Source: a virus (lineage: Duplodnaviria; Caudoviricetes). From it: a DNA stretch of 48,818 nucleotides. Shown here piece after piece: positions 43,727-48,818 of this stretch. The position numbers and the translations under genes are program-made. Position 1 is the stretch's first letter. Each line of letters starts with the position of its first letter. The notes below the pieces were generated by a model, which saw only the letters and a list, made by a program, of their open reading frames with translations, had not been told where the DNA came from and searched no databases. The stretch spans positions 1-48,818 of the IMG/VR virus record IMGVR_UViG_3300020403_000019. One strand, given 5' to 3'.

Positions 43727-45266
43727 CATGCAAAAGAGGGGCAGTAGCCTCTCTTCCAAGGACAAAGAAGAACTGCTCAGATTAAAATGCAGGACAGACT
43801 TTGTTACTTTTGCAAAGATCATTACAGACTTACAGTTCAAATCGTATCCTGTCCATGAACTAATTTGTTCTTATCTTCAAAACATCGGAGACGGAAATAA
43901 GGACTATAAGTATAGTGCAATCTCTCTACCTCCAAGAACGGGTAAGTCAATGCTTATCTCGCGAATTTTTCCCGCTTGGCAGATGGGAAGAAGCCCTACT
44001 GCTCAATTTATTATGAGCTCGTATGCTTTAGGCCTATCTACAGAAAACTCTAGAGCTGTTCTTGATTTTATTACTTCTGAAAAGTTCTCTTGGATATTCC
44101 CAGAATGCGAGATTAATAAAGAGAAGTGCAACCTCACCGCTCTGAGGACAGAGAACGGAGGGTTGATTAAAGTCGCCTCTGCTGGATCGAGTGTTACTGG
44201 ATTTGGTTACGGAGTTATCGATGATCAGGACCTTCCAGGTGTTGGGCTACTCGATGACCTTTTGGCTGATGGTAACTCGCTAACTGTTATGGAAAGCACG
44301 TTTAGCTGGGTTCAAGCTCAGTTCTTGACTCGTGGTTTGCCTAATCATGCAATTATTTCCATGGGCACGAGGTTTCATTGCGATGATGTCATTGGAAGAC
44401 TACTTAATGCTGATAGGGCTAACTGGAAAGAACTTAATGTTCCTGCTATATGCGTTGATGAAGACGCAGATGCTTTAGGAAGAAAGTTGGGTGAGTCTCA
44501 TTGGCCTGAATTTTTTCCCATAGAGAACCTTGAAGCTATTAAGAAATCGATCGGAGAGAAAGATTTCAACTCGTTGTACCAAGGACAACCTGCCGGTGAT
44601 GCGGGGGCTATATTTAAGGAACATTGGCTTGAGACTTATCCCAAACAAGTAAAGTATTCCTATATTTACGCCACTATTGACACGGCCTACAAGGCCGATA
44701 GCATGAACGACTTCACTGCTATTTGCGTCTGGGGACTAGATAAGAGTAAAGGACTCAGGCTCCTTCATGTAGTCATGGAACGAATGGAGTTTCCAGATCT
44801 CCAGAAACTCATACCTAAGATTGTTAAGCAATGGAAGGTTAGATGCGTATATATTGAGGGAAGAGCCAGCGGAGTACCTCTGATTCAAACCTTGAAGTCT
44901 ACGCTATCCATTCAAATAAAGGAACTCGTACCGTCTAAAGATAAAGTACTAAGAGCCAACTCAGTAGCGCCTTTAGTGGAAGAGGGATGTGTAAGCCTAT
45001 ATGAAAACATACCTAATCTCCAAGAGAGAATAAACGAACTTACTTCTTTCCCCTTCATTAAAAATGACGACTTCGTCGATGCTTTTGTATATGGTGTGAC
45101 AGTATACAGAGACGAACTTATGGGAGGGTCTATGGCCTCTGGTGGCATAAGATCTTCCCTACCAAAGCTTACATATGATCCTAGCTCTAGAAAATCTTCT
45201 TCTATCGGGGCTTTACTAGGAGACAGGAGAAACGTACGAAACGCCGGAGGTGTGCGTTATCTTTAG
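43683..45266 (+). CDS. terL: Terminase large subunit
   Basis: ISLPPRTGKS (Walker A), LLDD, MGTRFH.DD, YQGQP, IDTA, DDFVDA. The true start may be the ATG at 43728. Confidence 0.93.
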   Translation: MNKKELEIERETVADMQKRGSSLSSKDKEELLRLKCRTDFVTFAKIITDLQFKSYPVHELICSYLQNIGDGNKDYKYSAISLPPRTGKSMLISRIFPAWQMGRSPTAQFIMSSYALGLSTENSRAVLDFITSEKFSWIFPECEINKEKCNLTALRTENGGLIKVASAGSSVTGFGYGVIDDQDLPGVGLLDDLLADGNSLTVMESTFSWVQAQFLTRGLPNHAIISMGTRFHCDDVIGRLLNADRANWKELNVPAICVDEDADALGRKLGESHWPEFFPIENLEAIKKSIGEKDFNSLYQGQPAGDAGAIFKEHWLETYPKQVKYSYIYATIDTAYKADSMNDFTAICVWGLDKSKGLRLLHVVMERMEFPDLQKLIPKIVKQWKVRCVYIEGRASGVPLIQTLKSTLSIQIKELVPSKDKVLRANSVAPLVEEGCVSLYENIPNLQERINELTSFPFIKNDDFVDAFVYGVTVYRDELMGGSMASGGIRSSLPKLTYDPSSRKSSSIGALLGDRRNVRNAGGVRYL

Positions 45267-45270
45267 TACG

Positions 45271-45279
45271 TGGTATAAT
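45271..45279 (+). promoter_or_regulatory. Extended -10 promoter (TGGTATAAT)
   Basis: Immediately after the terL stop, upstream of the thioredoxin-sigma genes. Confidence 0.55.
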
Positions 45280-45336
45280 TTACGTAGTTCTTAGTTTTGT
45301 AAGGTAAAACTACGAGCGCACGCGTTTTATTCTTAC

Positions 45337-45663
45337 TTGATAATATCTATGACAGACAAACCTAATTTTAAGTATAGAGTAGTTTTCTTCAAGCAACCAA
45401 GTTGTGCTGCTTGTGAAGCAATGAAGCCTATATGGATGAAATCTGCGAATGAGATTGCAGAAGAGTACCCTCATTATGCCGTTGGATTTGGCGAATGGGA
45501 CGTTACCTCAGATGACTGGGAGTTTTGCGATAAGATCGAATGTGATGGCACGCCTAACTTTGCGGTATTTAACGAAGACGGAGATCTACTTGGACTGAAC
45601 ACAGAGGGCATGCTTGCTACTGGTCAGCTAAAAGATTTTATTATCGGTGCCATTGAAAAATGA
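45337..45663 (+). CDS. Thioredoxin-fold protein
   Basis: FKQPSCAACEAMKP (CxxC) and GTPNF cis-Pro loop; likely start at 45349. Confidence 0.8.
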   Translation: MIISMTDKPNFKYRVVFFKQPSCAACEAMKPIWMKSANEIAEEYPHYAVGFGEWDVTSDDWEFCDKIECDGTPNFAVFNEDGDLLGLNTEGMLATGQLKDFIIGAIEK

Positions 45664-46442
45664 GTGATGTAAAGCAAAAAAGAATCAGGTCGAAAAGGGC
45701 CAGGGATAAGAGGGACGAGCATATTATCTCCCAGATGTGGAAGGCTGACCAGGTAGCAAGAAAGATCTCTAACTTTACAGGGCTTCCATTTGAAGAGCTT
45801 AGGGATGCAGCATTGGAATACATTGTACGTATCTATGATACCTGGGATCAGAGCAAAGGTGCTAACTTCTCTACCTGGGTCAATAGATGCTTGCAGTTCC
45901 ACATGCTTAATTACCTCCGCGATAGTTCTAGGCTTGTAAAAATGCCAAGGTCGTATTCTGATCTATATCTAAAGATTAGGAAGTACCTGATTAAAAACCC
46001 AAATATTACAAATCAAGAAATTGCAGACGACCTGAAGATACCTGTTAAAAAAGTAGATACCGTGCGCACTGCTTTCACTATGAGTTTTAATCCTGTCACC
46101 GAACAAAATTGTATCATAGAGTCGACAGAAAATACAGAGACAAACTTCGGAGACCTTCTTACCAACCACAATGAGTTGTTATTTAGGATCACCGATCTAG
46201 AGTCCCAAGACGAGACTTTCCTGATTGATTACTTGGTAAAGAAGAGATCAGTGTCTACGCTTCTTCGTAAAAATCCTCATCTAAAAAACATCGATGATAT
46301 TAAGAGCTATTCTACAAAGTTAATCAATTACGTATTATGGGCAGACAAGTCATTCGAGTCCTGGGACAAGACTATACAAAGACAGGGTTCGAGAAAAAGT
46401 GGTCAGAAGTCGTCAAAAACACAGAGTGTAACTACTTCGTAA
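45660..46442 (+). CDS. Phage RNA polymerase sigma factor (SigB/F/FliA-like group 3)
   Basis: Region 2 EELRDAA...WDQSKGANFSTW...NYLRD..RLVKMPR; region 3 EIADDLKIP; region 4 divergent. Confidence 0.85.
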   Translation: MSDVKQKRIRSKRARDKRDEHIISQMWKADQVARKISNFTGLPFEELRDAALEYIVRIYDTWDQSKGANFSTWVNRCLQFHMLNYLRDSSRLVKMPRSYSDLYLKIRKYLIKNPNITNQEIADDLKIPVKKVDTVRTAFTMSFNPVTEQNCIIESTENTETNFGDLLTNHNELLFRITDLESQDETFLIDYLVKKRSVSTLLRKNPHLKNIDDIKSYSTKLINYVLWADKSFESWDKTIQRQGSRKSGQKSSKTQSVTTS

Positions 46443-47047
46443 GATCTCCAGACTATGACTTTGTTCATGAGGTTGTAGGAAAGATCGAGAAGTGGAAAAC
46501 CCTGCACTCAAGAGTTGGATTAAAATACAAAGTGAGAAATAAGAAGTTTCAAGGCAGAGCAGTGAGAGGGGTGGTGATGATAACTCCTAGATCGAAAAGG
46601 GAGATATGGTTGGGAAAAGGAAAGATAGTCGAAGAACTGTTCCCTAGAAAGAAACCCATACCTGAATATAAGCAAAATAAAAAAGAAGCCCTAGTGGCAC
46701 TGAGGCAAATCATCGAGCCTCAGATTATTTCGTACAGAAAAAGCGTGCTTCGTCAGTTACAAGGACCTATGGGTCATAAGATTAAGTGCGCTATGTCAAA
46801 CCAGGTAATTAACGCCGGTGAGTTTCATATAGATCATAAATATCCATTTAAGAATATTGTCGAAGAGTTTTGCAGAGACTATAAGATAGATCTAGAAAAC
46901 GTTGATGTATACTGCCGAGGGACTAAATGTTATCTTAGAAACACAGAAGTAGCCGAAGCGTTTTTTGATTATCATATGATGAACGCGTCTCTTCAGGTCC
47001 TTAATGCAACAGAAAACTTAAAGAAAGGATCGAAGTATTACGGTTAG
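46337..47047 (+). CDS. DUF3223/HNH-like hypothetical nuclease
   Basis: FHIDHKYPFK...FFDYH...LQVL...ENLKK, a His-Me-finger-like pattern. Confidence 0.5.
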   Translation: MGRQVIRVLGQDYTKTGFEKKWSEVVKNTECNYFVRSPDYDFVHEVVGKIEKWKTLHSRVGLKYKVRNKKFQGRAVRGVVMITPRSKREIWLGKGKIVEELFPRKKPIPEYKQNKKEALVALRQIIEPQIISYRKSVLRQLQGPMGHKIKCAMSNQVINAGEFHIDHKYPFKNIVEEFCRDYKIDLENVDVYCRGTKCYLRNTEVAEAFFDYHMMNASLQVLNATENLKKGSKYYG

Positions 47048-47640
47048 GTTTTTAGTATATCTTCTCCAGATAGATCTACATCAAAAGCTTGTTGGAATAT
47101 CTCATCGGCTTTTTGTGCAATAACTTCCCCTATGCCCTGAGCTGTAGTTTCGCTACTTAGCCAGGGTTTATTTTTGTCTACAAGAGGAGCATACGCCATT
47201 CTGTTATAGATCTTGTATACTCCTTCTGATTGTCTACCCACAAGATGACCTGCATATAGTCTTCCTGTAATCTGCTTAACGCCCTCCTCTTCGTACCTTC
47301 TCTTAAGGTAAGTTATTATAGGGCCTTCTTGATCTTGCTTCTCTAGAAATATCTCAAGCTCTCTTAAGGCGTTCTCTGCAATTACGACTAGCTTTTGTCC
47401 TTCGTCGTCATTTGCACTGACCTCCATCTCCATAGCCGCAACGGCCTCAACGTATCCTACAGAAAGGTCCTTTACATATTCAGAATACGACTGAGCAAGT
47501 TGCTCGGCTAATAGCGCTTTTACTGCAGGAAATTGGCTTTCTAATATTCTTTTTCTAGCTTCTTCTTTTGCAGTATCTCGAGCACCATCGAGAGCTATTC
47601 CTAAAACAACTCTTGCAAGGGCGCGGATAGGTATAATCAT
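47044..47640 (-). CDS. Hypothetical protein (possible head-tail/neck component)
   Basis: 198-aa ORF; ITGRLY...NRMAYA pattern weakly resembles virion morphogenesis proteins. Confidence 0.45.
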   Translation of the reverse strand: MIIPIRALARVVLGIALDGARDTAKEEARKRILESQFPAVKALLAEQLAQSYSEYVKDLSVGYVEAVAAMEMEVSANDDEGQKLVVIAENALRELEIFLEKQDQEGPIITYLKRRYEEEGVKQITGRLYAGHLVGRQSEGVYKIYNRMAYAPLVDKNKPWLSSETTAQGIGEVIAQKADEIFQQAFDVDLSGEDILKT

Positions 47641-48818
47641 TTCAGGCCATTAAGTATATTTTGAGCAAATGCGTTTCTATCTGAATACACAGGGTTGCCA
47701 GGTCTTAAATAAACTCCGCCAAATTCTCTTACAGCTTGGTCTAATGTTATATCGTTCCTATTTAGGTAATTAATTAGGCCGGGATATTTTTTAAGCTCGT
47801 TAACAAAAAACTTCATCTGAGTTTCTCTGTCTGTAGGACTTGTACCGAGTTGCCTTGCATATTCCTCTAGGGCCGTTCTTCTAGATCCTTGCCATTGAAA
47901 CACTCCTAAAGAAGCCCCACCATCTCCAATCGCTGTAGGGTCTAACCTAGCAAAACTTTCTTTCTGTGCGTTGCCTACAATAGCAGCTTGGCCTATATTA
48001 GATTTTACTCCAGCTGCATCTGCCGCATTAATCAAAGACTGAACGGCGTCTCTATTACTACCAGTATAGGTAAAGCTTCCTTTTGCATAAGAACTATTTA
48101 CCGCGGAAGCTCTTGTATCAGAGTTAACTCCGGCCTGGTCTCTAGTTTTTGTGCATTCAGTACAAGAATTTTTTCCGTCAGGATAGAGGTAACATAGATC
48201 TCCAGCTGATCTTATATAATCATAGTAGCTCTTATATCCTTTGTAACTTTTATGCTCTTGCCAGCCTTGGACACTTACTCCATCTAAGTTCTTTTGATAT
48301 GCCCAAGGAAGGTACCCATTAACTTTTAATCTTAAATCCCCTCTTTCCCAAGCGTACTCTACCTTACCAATATACCAAGACTTATATTTCTCAGCAATCC
48401 ATACACCGGGTTCTATAGAGGAAGACTTGCCACTTGTAATCCATCTGTCGTAGTCTGTTACAAAAGACAACACCGTCCTTCCTGGCAAGATCCTAAGAGC
48501 TTTAGGCACTCCTTTGAACTCTGTTGTTATATTGATCGCGTTTTTATCTGCAGATCCAGCCTGGTTGCCATTTTTTGCTGCACCGGAATTGGATGATGTT
48601 CTTTCTGTATATCCCCCTCTCGCTCCATCGACGTCTTTGATTTCTTTAGGTATAGATCCTGCTTTTAAATGAGATAGTCTCATGACTCCTTCTGGAGTAT
48701 TTATTTCTACGTTATATCCGTATCCATCAGGATCTAATACTCCTCTATCAGCATCTCTAATAGTAGCTCCTCCCTGCACAAACAAGGGAGTTCCTTCGGC
48801 TCCGGCTAAGTCTACTCC
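47637..48818 (-). CDS. Virion-associated lysin: M23 peptidase plus phage tail lysozyme (partial; starts beyond the right edge)
   Basis: Frame is open to the window edge (GVDLAGAEGTPLF...GYGYNVEI...LSHL = M23). C-terminal AAIVGNAQKES...GVFQWQGSRRTAL = tail lysozyme. Confidence 0.8.
   Translation of the reverse strand, partial: GVDLAGAEGTPLFVQGGATIRDADRGVLDPDGYGYNVEINTPEGVMRLSHLKAGSIPKEIKDVDGARGGYTERTSSNSGAAKNGNQAGSADKNAINITTEFKGVPKALRILPGRTVLSFVTDYDRWITSGKSSSIEPGVWIAEKYKSWYIGKVEYAWERGDLRLKVNGYLPWAYQKNLDGVSVQGWQEHKSYKGYKSYYDYIRSAGDLCYLYPDGKNSCTECTKTRDQAGVNSDTRASAVNSSYAKGSFTYTGSNRDAVQSLINAADAAGVKSNIGQAAIVGNAQKESFARLDPTAIGDGGASLGVFQWQGSRRTALEEYARQLGTSPTDRETQMKFFVNELKKYPGLINYLNRNDITLDQAVREFGGVYLRPGNPVYSDRNAFAQNILNGLK

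Noticed and set aside
45267-45336. Hairpins upstream of thioredoxin (TAGTTTT/AAAACTA; TACGT/ACGTA) as an ncRNA
   Set aside because: Short AT-rich stems with no recognisable family features; more simply a 5' UTR or promoter region.
1-48818. tRNA genes, stop-codon recoding, and apparent abundance of AGATCT/TCTAGA/CTAG words
   Set aside because: No cloverleaf seen in the short intergenic gaps; genes are full length in the standard code; the word abundance was only an impression that I could not quantify without k-mer counts.

Overview
Segment of a large contractile-tailed (myovirus-type) phage genome, very likely a cyanophage: it carries an NtcA-type box, glutamine riboswitch motifs, DUF4278 peptides, a Mo-nitrogenase-C-like ORF and a cyanobacterial-type HNH. 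Left to right: tape-measure protein (partial) and CIS-type tube initiator; a minus-strand replication and nucleotide module (AEP primase, SF3 helicase, 5'-3' exonuclease, ThyA-fold enzyme, large HNH protein, C5-cytosine MTase-like protein on the plus strand, dUTPase/dCTPase-like protein, NrdA-glutaredoxin fusion, NrdB, phosphoesterase, probable SSB); two divergent virion operons (tail fibres, baseplate, hub/spike, terminase); thioredoxin, a SigB/F-type sigma factor and a tail lysin (partial). Three highlights. (1) At 12940-13875 (minus strand), a nitrogen-sensing cassette: an NtcA-type palindrome, then a double glutamine-riboswitch-like structure in which each aptamer's P2 loop contains a whole protein-coding ORF and the two aptamers appear to share a P3 helix, upstream of DUF4278-like peptides. 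(2) A probable cytosine-modification pathway: ThyA with Asp at the Asn177 specificity position, a dCTPase-like enzyme, and a C5-MTase with a non-canonical SAM motif. (3) A recurrent GTTTAAAG candidate late promoter, distinct from the sigma70-type promoters. All family assignments come from motif recognition by eye; no database searches were run.
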